From: a bacterium | GTDB taxonomy: Bacteria > SZUA-182 > DTGQ01 > JAFGSM01 | DNA: 33,242 bases | Assembly: GCA_049472335.1 (NCBI GenBank) | Contig: JBLIRO010000056.1 | Span: 1-33,242 of the forward strand | Reading direction: 5' to 3' | Shown: positions 17,476-27,207 of the stretch, piece by piece | Layout: each line of letters starts with the position of its first letter | Position numbering within the stretch: the first letter of the stretch is position 1 | Made by a program: the position numbers and the translations under genes | Notes under the pieces: generated by a model | Told to the model about the DNA's origin: nothing | The model's database searches: none | What the model saw: only the letters and a program-made list of their open reading frames with translations

Positions 17476-19046
17476 GCAAGGCCTTCTTTATTCTGGTTCT
17501 GCACGCGCACATGCCTTATGTGCTGGATATAAGGTTTGAAAATACCCTTGAAGAAAGATGGTTGTATGAAGCGGTGGTCGATTGCTATCTAAGGCTTATT
17601 CAGACATTTGATCGTTTAATGACGGACGGGATACCCTTTGGCCTGACCATATCAATAAGTCCGGTATTGCTTGCTCAGTTGGAAAATCCCCTGTTCATAA
17701 GACGCTTTATTAAATATTTGAACCTTCAGATTGATCTGACAGAGAAGGAGATCCTCCGCACAATTAGGATTCCGGAGCTTGCCCCTCTTGCAAAGATGTA
17801 TAATGGATATTATAGAGATGCCTTGCGGACCTTCGAAGAAAGATGTAATTACGACATTATTCAGACCTTTAGGTCCTTTCAGGATATGGGGGCGCTGGAA
17901 ATCATCACCTGTGCGGCCACCCATGCCTATCTTCCTCTCTTAAGGCCGGCACTATCCGGGATCAGGACTCAGGTAACTGTGGCAAAAAAAGAATATAAAA
18001 GGATCTTTGGCAGAACATTATCAGGTTTATGGCTTCCGGAGTGCGGTTATTTCCCTGGTCTGGATACTTTACTTCTTCAGGCAGGCATTAAATATACTTT
18101 TCTTGATACCCATACTATCCAATCTTCCGAACCTATTCCTGAATATGCCGCCTACGCCCCCATTATCTCTCCTTCCGGGATGGTTGCCTTCGGCAGGGAT
18201 GTTCACACTGCAAAAGAGGTTTGGAGCTCCATGGATGGTTACCCGGGTGATTCTGATTACAGGGATTTTTATAGAGACATAGGATTTGATTTGGATCTTG
18301 ATTATGTGGGGGCATATCTTCCCGGCGAGGTCCGTTCGTATACGGGGTTAAAATATTATAGAATCAAAAAAAATAGAGGACAAAATCGGATATATGTTCC
18401 AGAGATTGCCGAACGAAAGGTCTCTATTCACACAGATGATTTTCTGGCCCACAGGCTAAAGCAGGTCAGGGATCTTTCCCTGTCTATGGGATTTCCGCCT
18501 GTCATCTGTGCCCTTTATGATGCCGAGCTATTTGGACACTGGTGGTTTGAGGGCCCCTCATGGCTGGAGATGCTCTTTCGGAAAATATTTGAATGTGGCG
18601 AATATTTTACGCCCGTCAAGCCGAGCGATTATTTAAAGCAAAAGCCAATGCTGCAGAGATCTCAACCTCAGGGTGGGAGCTGGGGATGGAAAGGATATAA
18701 TGAGGTCTGGATTAATGAAAAGAATAGTTGGGTATATCCCCATTTATTCAAGGCTGCAGAGAAAATGGAAGCCCTGGCTGTAAAATCCGGATGGAATGTC
18801 ATGGAAGAAAGGGCGCTTAACCAGGCCGGGAAGGAACTCCTTCTGGCTCAGAGTAGTGATTGGACCTTTATATTACATAATGAAACGCTTTCCGAATATG
18901 CCACTAAAAGGATCAAAGAGCATCTTGGGAGGTTCTGGAAGCTTATACATCAGATCGAGACATGTTCAATTAAGGAGGATTGGCTGTGCGAAGTGGAGAC
19001 ACAGGATAATATATTCCCTTCGTTTAATTATAAGGATTTTCTGTAG
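17472..19046 (+). CDS. GH57 1,4-alpha-glucan branching enzyme (with DUF1957 domain)
   Basis: LVLHAHMPYV, ATHAYLP, WLPEC (nucleophile Glu), YDAELFGHWWFEG (acid/base Asp), AQSSDW. Confidence 0.92.
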   Translation: MSKAFFILVLHAHMPYVLDIRFENTLEERWLYEAVVDCYLRLIQTFDRLMTDGIPFGLTISISPVLLAQLENPLFIRRFIKYLNLQIDLTEKEILRTIRIPELAPLAKMYNGYYRDALRTFEERCNYDIIQTFRSFQDMGALEIITCAATHAYLPLLRPALSGIRTQVTVAKKEYKRIFGRTLSGLWLPECGYFPGLDTLLLQAGIKYTFLDTHTIQSSEPIPEYAAYAPIISPSGMVAFGRDVHTAKEVWSSMDGYPGDSDYRDFYRDIGFDLDLDYVGAYLPGEVRSYTGLKYYRIKKNRGQNRIYVPEIAERKVSIHTDDFLAHRLKQVRDLSLSMGFPPVICALYDAELFGHWWFEGPSWLEMLFRKIFECGEYFTPVKPSDYLKQKPMLQRSQPQGGSWGWKGYNEVWINEKNSWVYPHLFKAAEKMEALAVKSGWNVMEERALNQAGKELLLAQSSDWTFILHNETLSEYATKRIKEHLGRFWKLIHQIETCSIKEDWLCEVETQDNIFPSFNYKDFL

Positions 19047-19107
19047 GTAGCTGTCCTCTTTTTGCAGTGAATAATTATAACTTTGTATAAAACTAAAAGT
19101 AATAAGA

Positions 19108-19173
19108 TCGTAAAAATGCCCGGAGATGATAAAATGACTATTTTACGAATCCATCAGAGGTGGACTTGTAAAA
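19108..19173. repeat. Degenerate palindromic intergenic repeat (TCGTAAAA...TTTTACGAATCCATCA) plus a partial second copy
   Basis: Inverted repeat TCGTAAAA (19108-19115)/TTTTACGA (19141-19148), followed by ATCCATCA and then GGTGGACTTGTAAAA. Resembles GATGGAxTCGTAAAA-type dispersed repeats. Confidence 0.5.
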
Positions 19174-19455
19174 TTTTTTTTTCGATTTAAAATAGGATCG
19201 AAAAACCGGGAACCTTTTTCTTTGAAATAAATTAAAAATAAGAGTATTATACAGGTTTTTTAAGTCAATTTGAGTTGATAATAAAGGATTGTAAGTTTTG
19301 GGGGCCCTGATTTCTGAAAAGGGGGTGAGTACTAACCAATTTTAAGTAATATATCTTGTTGAAGTAGAAACTGTTTAGCAATCGAGGCCGGTTTTCTTTT
19401 TTATTTCCTTATTTGAAAATGGAGTAGTCATCCCTGTGAAGTAGGAGGAATAAAG

Positions 19456-19833
19456 ATGAAAAACCCAAGAAAGTTTTTATCAGTAGTCTGTGTTATAGGT
19501 CTTATTAGTTTTATTTTCAGCATTTTAATTTTAACCCCAAAAATTACATTTGCCGAGGAGGCAGAAGAGGTAGCATCTGAGGCGTTATCTGAAGAAAAGA
19601 TCAATATCAATAATGCAACACAAGAGGAATTGGCACAGTTAAAGGGAGTTGGTGAAAAATTAGCGAAGCGTATTATTGAGTATAGAGATCAGCATGGTCC
19701 TTTTGAAAAAATCGAGGATATCCTTAAGGTGAAAGGTTTGGGGGAAAAGTTTTTAGAGGAGAATCACGATCGGTTAACCGTCGGAGAAGAAGCCCTGGAA
19801 GAGGCAATGCCCGATATACATTCGGAGGAGTAA
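19456..19833 (+). CDS. comEA: ComEA-family helix-hairpin-helix DNA-binding protein, exported
   Basis: Signal/TM, then KININNATQEELAQLKGVGEKLAKRIIEYRDQHGPFEKIEDILKVKGLG. AGGAGG RBS. Confidence 0.88.
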   Translation: MKNPRKFLSVVCVIGLISFIFSILILTPKITFAEEAEEVASEALSEEKININNATQEELAQLKGVGEKLAKRIIEYRDQHGPFEKIEDILKVKGLGEKFLEENHDRLTVGEEALEEAMPDIHSEE

Positions 19834-20082
19834 AATCGTTTTTATTGTTATGAAGTAACTAAATCTGAGTAAATAAGCAGATTGATAATGATAAAATGTT
19901 AATTATCATACATATAAAGGAAACCGGCCTTTTATAAATCTCGAATTTTTTTGGCTTGCTCTGTTGTCTGGAGGTATGGCAAAGAAAGAATGTAAGCTAT
20001 TTACACTATATCCTTTTGACGGGAAGTGTCTTCTCAAATACAGGTTTTGTAACTATAATCCCATCGATATCGGGGAGAGTTT

Positions 20083-23000
20083 ATGAAATTAAGTGATATT
20101 TTCCCCAGCAATGAACAAATAAAACTTTTACAGGGAATAGAAAGCGATCTGTTGCGCCGCAGACGGGCAGGAAACATTGGTATAATCGCGGCTTTAACTG
20201 CGGCTGTCTTTCAAATTGTTTTAGGATTAAGCACCAAAGGAAACTATCTTGAAACTATAGGGAACTTATTCTCACGGTTTGTTTCCGGAGAATGGTCCAT
20301 ATTGTTGAGCGATGAGTTTATCGGAATAGGCGTTCTTATAGCGGGGATCGGAATCTATTTGTTGTTCAGATGGACTCGGTTCATGCTAAGAGATTCTGTG
20401 GAGCCTTTTCATTATACATTTTGGATTAAACCTTTTGAGAGAGTCCAGGAAACTCCGGACAAAAGATTTGCCATCAAAGGTGAAGACCGGTTTCATTTAT
20501 TACATCACGATCTAAAGGAAAAGCTTAATGAAAAAATTCGAAGAGTATCCTTGCTTGATGAGGAGAATCTGGACCCCGGAACCAGAGAAAGTCTGTTCTC
20601 ACATATCCATATAAGCGGGCATTATGCCATAAGGGAAGAAAGGGGGGATAAAGACGAGGCTGAATGGGTTATCCATGTGATGCCCTGCATCCGGATAGGT
20701 CCGAAGGGCAAACCCACGACCTTGGCACATCCGGTTAAGTACACTTTGATTAAGGATGAAAATGCAACCAGGCATAAGGATACCAATCATGGACGCACCA
20801 TATATACCCTGGATTCGGGGGAATATAATCAAATTGTAAATCGAGTGTATTCCAGTATCGCTACTGAAGTTTACAGAAAGATTAAAACGGATGTGAAAAG
20901 AAAGATCAGTCTGTTTCCGACTCCGTATCTGCGCGCGGTTGCGCTTTTCCACGAGGCGGAGGATTTCTCCAGGTCTAATACTATAGACGCCTACGACCAT
21001 GCCATAGAGTTATACAGAGAATCATTGCGATATTTCAATATAATGAATATCGGATTTATAACAGAATTGCTTATAAGGGTTCCTGTGCTGCTTTGGCGGT
21101 ATGAAATCAAATTTCTGAGTATGTGGGCGAAGGTGGAGATAGGCTATGCTAAATGTCTGATATATAGAAGGCAAATCTCCGCTCTGTCAGGTCGTTACAG
21201 GAATCCGTTGTTTGAGATTCCGGGTAGAATCGGCAAGGTGATCAATAACTTTGATCAGATATTCAACAGGATCAATCCTAAATGGACATTATCGAAGCTT
21301 TCAACAAATCTGTCTGAAAATAAAAGGATAAGAGAAAGAAATCGTTTGAATACACTTATGGCCTACCTTGTTTTTCCAAAGGATTCATGGCTGAGATATG
21401 TCTTTTTCCGGCCTGTAAGCTCTTCGTTTGAGAACGAAAAAAGTATACTTTTTAATGCCTATTTGGTTAATGCCTTAGCCCTCTATTTTTTGGATGCAGT
21501 GGAGAAGGCAAAAGAGAATCTTAAAAATGCAAAGGCTGTCGATCCGCAGAAGAGTGAAAAAAATGCCCTTTTTATGTTAACAGAAGGTGCAATTGAGCCT
21601 GATATAGACAAAGAGATTTCACTATTTCAAAAGGCCACGGAGATTGCCCCGCAATTTCAGATTGCTCAATATTTATTGGCCTACTATTCTGAAAGGCGGT
21701 TCAGAAGACAGAACGAGTTTACCATATCAAGGGCCAATAGCGTGATGAATGAGTATGACCGGAGTCTGAAGATAAACCCGGGGAATATTTCTGCCATAGC
21801 GGCCCAGGGATATCTATTATGGCTTTTGGAGGATTCTGATCAATCGAGGAAAAAATTTATCGAGGGTTGCGAAAACAAGACTGTTGCCCGTGAGACCTTT
21901 ATCGGAGAACTTAATTATGGGTTGGCCAGGATCGCAGCGGAAAGAGGCGATTTCGACAAGAGTTACGATCTGTATAATGAGGCCATTTCAGTGGATCCCG
22001 GGATTTGTGCCTACTCGACCCTTAATTTCTCGGCTCCGATAAGCAGCTATATAACCACATCTTATTATGATTATATTGATTCCGCGATGCTGAAGCGTTA
22101 CGAAAGATTCAAAATAAATGTGGAAAAGAAGAACAAATCACTTAAAAGGACTTCCGAAGGAAAATATATAGAATATATAGAAAGAAAAAAAAAGAGAGAA
22201 TTTTCCGAAGAGACGATTAATGTTGTTTATAGCTTCGTGCTTAACGATTATGGCAACGCATGTCTGAACTATTTTCATCGCTCTGGATACTCTGAAAAAT
22301 TAGAAGAGGCAATAGAGAGTTTTGAAGAGGCAATAAGAAAAAATTCGAAGAATTTTGTGGCATATTATAATCTTCAAAATGCTTACACCTGGCGTGGTGA
22401 TCGAGGTGAGGACATATCAGCTTGCATGGACAAGGCAGAAAAGTTTGCTCCATTCTGGCCTGAATTGCTTATTGCTTCAGCGGAATTACAGTTATTTCAA
22501 ATTCAGGAATCCATCAAAAAGAAAACCAAGGAGCTTGAAAAGGCTAATAAAGGACTTGCCGATCAAATGTCTCAATCCGGGAAGGTGCCGGAAGATTCTT
22601 ATTTCATAAAGGATTCGCCCCAGGGAGAACCAAAAGAAAAGTCGAATCCGAGAAAAGTTAAAACAGAGAACGAAGGGGTAGATCAGCATCCGAAAATAAT
22701 CACTCTTGAAAATGAAGTCAATGTATTACGTGAAAAATTAAAGAATGAGGTGTTTCAAAAGATTACAGAATTGATGGAACAAACAAAATTATCAGCGCTG
22801 TTTGAAGGTTTGAAAATTAACTATGATGGAAGAGGAATAGAGAAAATAATTAATTCCAGGATTGAAGTTGATAGGCTGGACGAAAATGATATAAAGGCCT
22901 TAAAGGTCTGGGCGCGTGTTTTTTCCAGCACCGCCATAGATGCTTCAGAAAGGCTTTGTCATTATATTCAGAAATATTATCCTGACGATTTCGACGCGAA

Positions 23001-25143
23001 TCTGATTCTTTATAATATCTATAATCAATTACAAAAATCAGAGGCTAAATCAGCTTGTCGCAATAAAATAAAAACAGTCATCGAAAATTGGCTGGCCCAG
23101 GATACTACTAATCATGCTTCTTTGACCTGGATAAGAGAGTATTTTGATTTCGACTCACGGGTTAAGATTTTAAATAAGGCTATTGATTTTGATAGAAATA
23201 ACCATGTTTATCATAATATGTTAGGAAATGATTATTTTGACCAGCATGATTGGCAGCAAGCTGTTGTAAAGTATAAAGATGCTGTAAATATTAATCCGGA
23301 AATAGCTGTTTATCATGCCAACATGGGCGCCGCTTACAGGGAGATGGAAGAATGGGATAAGGCTGAGGAGGAATATAAAAGGGCGATAGATCTTGAGTCC
23401 AGGAAAGGTGGTTATTTTAAAAAAGCAGGAGATTCTAAAAAAGGGGATTATTTTAACGGATTGGGCAACATCTATTTTGGAAAGAAAGAGTATCTGAAAG
23501 CAATAGAGAATTATAAAAAGGCCCTGAAAATTACCCCGGAAATAGCTGTTTATCATTCGAACATCGCCCTGGCATACCGAAATCTAAAGGAATGGGATAG
23601 GGCCGAGAAGGAATATAAAAGGGCAATAGAATTGGAGCCTGAAAACGGGGGTTATTTCAATAGCCTTGGTAATATGTATTTTGGAAGGAAGGAGTTTCAG
23701 AAGGCTATTGAGAATTATGAAAATGCCATAAAAATCAAACCGGAAGTCAGCGTTTATCATTTAAACCTTGGTGATTCATACAGTGAGTTAAAGGAATGGG
23801 ATAAGGCCGAGAAGGGATATAAGAGGGCGATAGAGCTGGAGCCAAAAAATGGTAGTTATTTCAACAGCTTCGCTAATATGTATTATGATAAGGGAGAGTA
23901 TCCGAAGGCAATTGAGAATTATGAGAAGGCCATAAAAATTGACCCGGAAAACGTCGTTTATCATTCAAATATTGCCCTGGCATACCGTAATCTAAAGGAA
24001 TGGGATAAGGCCGAGGCAGAATATAAAAGCGCGATAGATCTTGATCCTGAAAATGATGGGTATTTAAATGGTCTGGGCAACATATATTTTGGAAAGGGAG
24101 ATTATCGGAAGGCTCATGAGAGTTATGAAAATGCCATAAAAATCAAACCCGAAGTTACTGTATATCATTTAAACCTTGGCGATGCTTACAATGAGTTGAA
24201 AGAGTGGGATAAGGCCGAGGAGGAATATAAAAGGGCAATAGAACTTGATCCTGAAAACGATAGGTATTTAAACGGATTGGGCAACATATATTTTGGAAAG
24301 GGAGATTATCGGAAGGCAATTGAGAGTTATAAAAATGCCATAAAAATCAAACCCGAAGCTATTGTTTATCATTTGAACCTTGCTGAATCTTACAAAAGCT
24401 TAAAAGATTGGGATAAAGCTGAGGAAGAATACAAAAGAACATTAGAGATCGAGCCGGAAAACAGTGATATTTTTAATAGTTTGGGTAACATGTATTTGGT
24501 AAAAGGGGATTTCAGACAGGCAGTAGAGAATTATGAAAAGGCTCTAAAAGTCAATCCTAAAATGTCTGTCTATCATTTAAATATTGGTGAAGCTTACAAA
24601 GAGCTTAAAGAATGGAAAAAAGCTGAAGATCAATTTAAAAGGGCAATGGAGCTCGAACCGCAAAGCAGTAATGTTTTTAATGGATTGGGCAACATGTATT
24701 TTAAAAAGGGAGATTATCGTAAGGCGATTGAAAATTATAAAAGGGCTATAAAAATAGATCCTGGATCAGCAATTTATCATTCCAACCTCGGTACTGCTTT
24801 CAAGGAGCGGAAAAAGTGGAACTGGGCTGAAAAGGAATATAAAAAGGCAGTGGATCTCGACCCGAAAAACAGTGATATTTTAAACGGCTTTGGCAACATG
24901 TATTTTAGAAAAAGAGATTATCTTAATGCAATTGAGAATTATGAAAAGGCTGTGGAGATCAATCCAGGAATGGCAGTTTATCATTCAAACATTTCCTTAG
25001 CCTGGGAATATAAAAGTCTTACCGGTGAAAGATTAACCGCATTGGAAAATGCCGTATCTGCATTACAAAGGGCCTGTGAATTGGAGCCGGAAAACGTCGA
25101 ATATTCGGAAAGAATAAAAAGACTAAGGGAAAGGACGATTTAG
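20083..25143 (+). CDS. Large membrane-anchored tetratricopeptide-repeat protein (1686 aa)
   Basis: Two N-terminal hydrophobic segments, scattered TPRs in the middle, and a C-terminal array of regular TPR pairs (YFNxLGNxYF...AIENYxxAIKIxP / YHxNxGxAY...WDKAExEYKRAIELxP). Confidence 0.9.
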   Translation: MKLSDIFPSNEQIKLLQGIESDLLRRRRAGNIGIIAALTAAVFQIVLGLSTKGNYLETIGNLFSRFVSGEWSILLSDEFIGIGVLIAGIGIYLLFRWTRFMLRDSVEPFHYTFWIKPFERVQETPDKRFAIKGEDRFHLLHHDLKEKLNEKIRRVSLLDEENLDPGTRESLFSHIHISGHYAIREERGDKDEAEWVIHVMPCIRIGPKGKPTTLAHPVKYTLIKDENATRHKDTNHGRTIYTLDSGEYNQIVNRVYSSIATEVYRKIKTDVKRKISLFPTPYLRAVALFHEAEDFSRSNTIDAYDHAIELYRESLRYFNIMNIGFITELLIRVPVLLWRYEIKFLSMWAKVEIGYAKCLIYRRQISALSGRYRNPLFEIPGRIGKVINNFDQIFNRINPKWTLSKLSTNLSENKRIRERNRLNTLMAYLVFPKDSWLRYVFFRPVSSSFENEKSILFNAYLVNALALYFLDAVEKAKENLKNAKAVDPQKSEKNALFMLTEGAIEPDIDKEISLFQKATEIAPQFQIAQYLLAYYSERRFRRQNEFTISRANSVMNEYDRSLKINPGNISAIAAQGYLLWLLEDSDQSRKKFIEGCENKTVARETFIGELNYGLARIAAERGDFDKSYDLYNEAISVDPGICAYSTLNFSAPISSYITTSYYDYIDSAMLKRYERFKINVEKKNKSLKRTSEGKYIEYIERKKKREFSEETINVVYSFVLNDYGNACLNYFHRSGYSEKLEEAIESFEEAIRKNSKNFVAYYNLQNAYTWRGDRGEDISACMDKAEKFAPFWPELLIASAELQLFQIQESIKKKTKELEKANKGLADQMSQSGKVPEDSYFIKDSPQGEPKEKSNPRKVKTENEGVDQHPKIITLENEVNVLREKLKNEVFQKITELMEQTKLSALFEGLKINYDGRGIEKIINSRIEVDRLDENDIKALKVWARVFSSTAIDASERLCHYIQKYYPDDFDANLILYNIYNQLQKSEAKSACRNKIKTVIENWLAQDTTNHASLTWIREYFDFDSRVKILNKAIDFDRNNHVYHNMLGNDYFDQHDWQQAVVKYKDAVNINPEIAVYHANMGAAYREMEEWDKAEEEYKRAIDLESRKGGYFKKAGDSKKGDYFNGLGNIYFGKKEYLKAIENYKKALKITPEIAVYHSNIALAYRNLKEWDRAEKEYKRAIELEPENGGYFNSLGNMYFGRKEFQKAIENYENAIKIKPEVSVYHLNLGDSYSELKEWDKAEKGYKRAIELEPKNGSYFNSFANMYYDKGEYPKAIENYEKAIKIDPENVVYHSNIALAYRNLKEWDKAEAEYKSAIDLDPENDGYLNGLGNIYFGKGDYRKAHESYENAIKIKPEVTVYHLNLGDAYNELKEWDKAEEEYKRAIELDPENDRYLNGLGNIYFGKGDYRKAIESYKNAIKIKPEAIVYHLNLAESYKSLKDWDKAEEEYKRTLEIEPENSDIFNSLGNMYLVKGDFRQAVENYEKALKVNPKMSVYHLNIGEAYKELKEWKKAEDQFKRAMELEPQSSNVFNGLGNMYFKKGDYRKAIENYKRAIKIDPGSAIYHSNLGTAFKERKKWNWAEKEYKKAVDLDPKNSDILNGFGNMYFRKRDYLNAIENYEKAVEINPGMAVYHSNISLAWEYKSLTGERLTALENAVSALQRACELEPENVEYSERIKRLRERTI
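23200..25010 (+). repeat. Intragenic tandem repeat, 204-bp (68-aa, two-TPR) unit, about 8-9 copies
   Basis: The GAATGGGAT-like anchor recurs at 23350, 23590, 23794, 23998, 24202, 24406, 24610 and 24814. The period is 204, except the first interval of 240. Confidence 0.9.
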
Positions 25144-25148
25144 TTCTT

Positions 25149-26237
25149 TCATATTCTGCATCTTTCGTCCAGCCAGGATTTCAGGACCATGTTATTATCG
25201 GGAGCCTCACCAATGGCTTCCTTCCAGACCTCAGGGGATTCCATGCAAAGATATATAAATGCCTCAGGCGCCCTTTTTCTTATCCATCTGCTCAGAGCGG
25301 AATAGATTTTTATCCTTATGGGTTGAGGGTAACGCATCTTTTTATCCATTCCTGGAATGAACTCATCATATATAATAGGGCTTTTCGGGTATTTCTTCCG
25401 GATTATCCTTTTTAATGGGGGGATGAAACGGAAGCAGCCCAGACTGATCCAGGTGATTGATTCGGGAGAGATCTTTGAAAAAAGCATATCGATCACTGAT
25501 TCATATCCTGTCTCCCAGCCCTTGTACAATATGATGGGATCAAAATGAAATCCGATCTTATACCCTCTCTCCCGGCATTTTTGGGCAGCCATAATCCTTG
25601 CCTCTAAATGGGCTGCCAAGCCCTCTTCCGCGTCGATGATCGATTGTGGATTCAGGGACCAGGAGATTATGGTCTGACCGTGATGATCCAGTTCAAGAAG
25701 ATGCTCGATATGGTCTGATTTGGTTTTCAATTCAAGAAAACCCTGCCTCTGACTCGAGAAGAAGTCGATAAGAAGCGGATTAAGCCCGGTCAGAGGATCA
25801 AGGGCAAGACTATCCGTCAACTCTCCGGTTCCTATCCTGATAAGGGAGGTATCCTGTCTTATTTCCAATTCCAGTTCCTTAAACATCTCCTCATGGTTAA
25901 CAAAGATTACCAGTGCGCTTGTGTTCAGATAAACCTGAAGAATACAATAGGTGCACTCGATAGGACAATTCAAGCCCACGTTCAAGAATCTGTATTGACA
26001 GCACAAATATTCCTTAGTGCCCGGACAGGGCTTCAGGAATTTCCCCTTATTCAGCGTCAAAATGAGAGTCCGGCAGTCAGCCTCGATTCGTTTTATCTCT
26101 TCCGGTGTCATATATTCCGGATATAATTCAGGCATTCTATTTAAAACATTATTGGTGATCCTGTAATCCCTGATCCCTTCTTCTACGATCAACCGGCGGA
26201 CAGGATATCTATTGGGGGAAAATCTTGCGCCATTCAT
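25149..26237 (-). CDS. Spore photoproduct lyase (SplB)-family radical SAM protein
   Basis: CxxxCxxC (NCPIECTYC), PCPGT...CC, RIGTGELTDSLALD, LELKTKS, GFHFDPII, YLCMES. Confidence 0.85.
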   Translation of the reverse strand: MNGARFSPNRYPVRRLIVEEGIRDYRITNNVLNRMPELYPEYMTPEEIKRIEADCRTLILTLNKGKFLKPCPGTKEYLCCQYRFLNVGLNCPIECTYCILQVYLNTSALVIFVNHEEMFKELELEIRQDTSLIRIGTGELTDSLALDPLTGLNPLLIDFFSSQRQGFLELKTKSDHIEHLLELDHHGQTIISWSLNPQSIIDAEEGLAAHLEARIMAAQKCRERGYKIGFHFDPIILYKGWETGYESVIDMLFSKISPESITWISLGCFRFIPPLKRIIRKKYPKSPIIYDEFIPGMDKKMRYPQPIRIKIYSALSRWIRKRAPEAFIYLCMESPEVWKEAIGEAPDNNMVLKSWLDERCRI

Positions 26238-27198
26238 CTTTTTTGATTAGGTCCTTTAAACCTTCTATTTTTTCCTGAAGACCCATAAGGTCATTAAAAG
26301 TAAAACTCAGCCTGTATGTGCCCCCCTCGAAATAGGGGGGAGGACTCAGAGAAACGGAAGGGGGCAGGTGTAAGGACGCGATCTTATTTTTCCATTCCCT
26401 TTCCAGGCCTGATATTATTGGATTACGTCTTTCTCTCAACCTTCTTCTAAATGCTTCACCTGCTTTTACAGAGTTTTCGTCAGTCTGTTCCTGCCTCTTT
26501 CTGCTCCAGCCGGCTTCCTTTAATATTTCTGTTAAAGACCTGTTTTCCCTCCCGGAGATATCCATTAAATATTCCAATATTTCAAACTGCTTGGACTGGC
26601 TGAAGGCAAAATGAAGAAACAAAGAGGAAATATGTTCTCTTGTGTCCGATTCCATTTCCATTAAACGAAGGGCCATATCATGATTGATCCTTCCATCGAG
26701 CAATGCCCTGCCCAGGGCCTCCTCCATTCCGGAGAGAGGGTGAAGCCTTTCCAGCATCTTCCGGTTTGGTGGAAGTCCAAGCAGAGGAAGGATGTGGTCT
26801 ATTACACGATCCTGGTCAAAAAGTCTGCAGAATCTCGAGAGTATAACCCCCTGATCCAGGATATGAGGCGGTCCGGCAGAAAGGAAAAGGGAGAGGATAA
26901 AGCATGCCAGATCCCATTCTTCGAAGGGGCCCTCATATACTTTGCATAAGACCTTTTTTTCATGGCATAAGCGGGCGGCCTCAAGACGTCTGAATCCATC
27001 GACCACTTTATAAGTGTCAGCCCCGATACTAACAAGCGGAGAATATATAATTCCGTATCTCCTGACCGAATCTATTAAGGCATCGGAAGGCCTTTGAAAA
27101 AATCGGAAACTATAGCGTCTGTCATCCAGGTCAATCCCTGAGAGATCGATTGTTTGCAGATTAAAAGGTATGTCCTGGTTTATATTAATTTTAAGCAT
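26209..27198 (-). CDS. ParB/Srx N-terminal-domain protein
   Basis: LIDSVRRYGIIYSPLV...VVDGFRRLEAA ParB-N motif, followed by a helical region. No parA adjacent. Confidence 0.8.
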   Translation of the reverse strand: MLKININQDIPFNLQTIDLSGIDLDDRRYSFRFFQRPSDALIDSVRRYGIIYSPLVSIGADTYKVVDGFRRLEAARLCHEKKVLCKVYEGPFEEWDLACFILSLFLSAGPPHILDQGVILSRFCRLFDQDRVIDHILPLLGLPPNRKMLERLHPLSGMEEALGRALLDGRINHDMALRLMEMESDTREHISSLFLHFAFSQSKQFEILEYLMDISGRENRSLTEILKEAGWSRKRQEQTDENSVKAGEAFRRRLRERRNPIISGLEREWKNKIASLHLPPSVSLSPPPYFEGGTYRLSFTFNDLMGLQEKIEGLKDLIKKDEWRKIFPQ

Positions 27199-27207
27199 TT
27201 GAATTCT

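Noticed and set aside
23200..25010. Regularly spaced repeats as a possible CRISPR array or DGR
   Set aside because: Repeats are in-frame coding TPR units of 204 bp without unique spacers. There is no cas or reverse transcriptase gene.
4379..26237. Sporulation signal from PSP1/'stage 0 sporulation' protein plus SplB-like gene
   Set aside because: Both families occur widely in non-sporulating bacteria, and no core sporulation gene is in the window.
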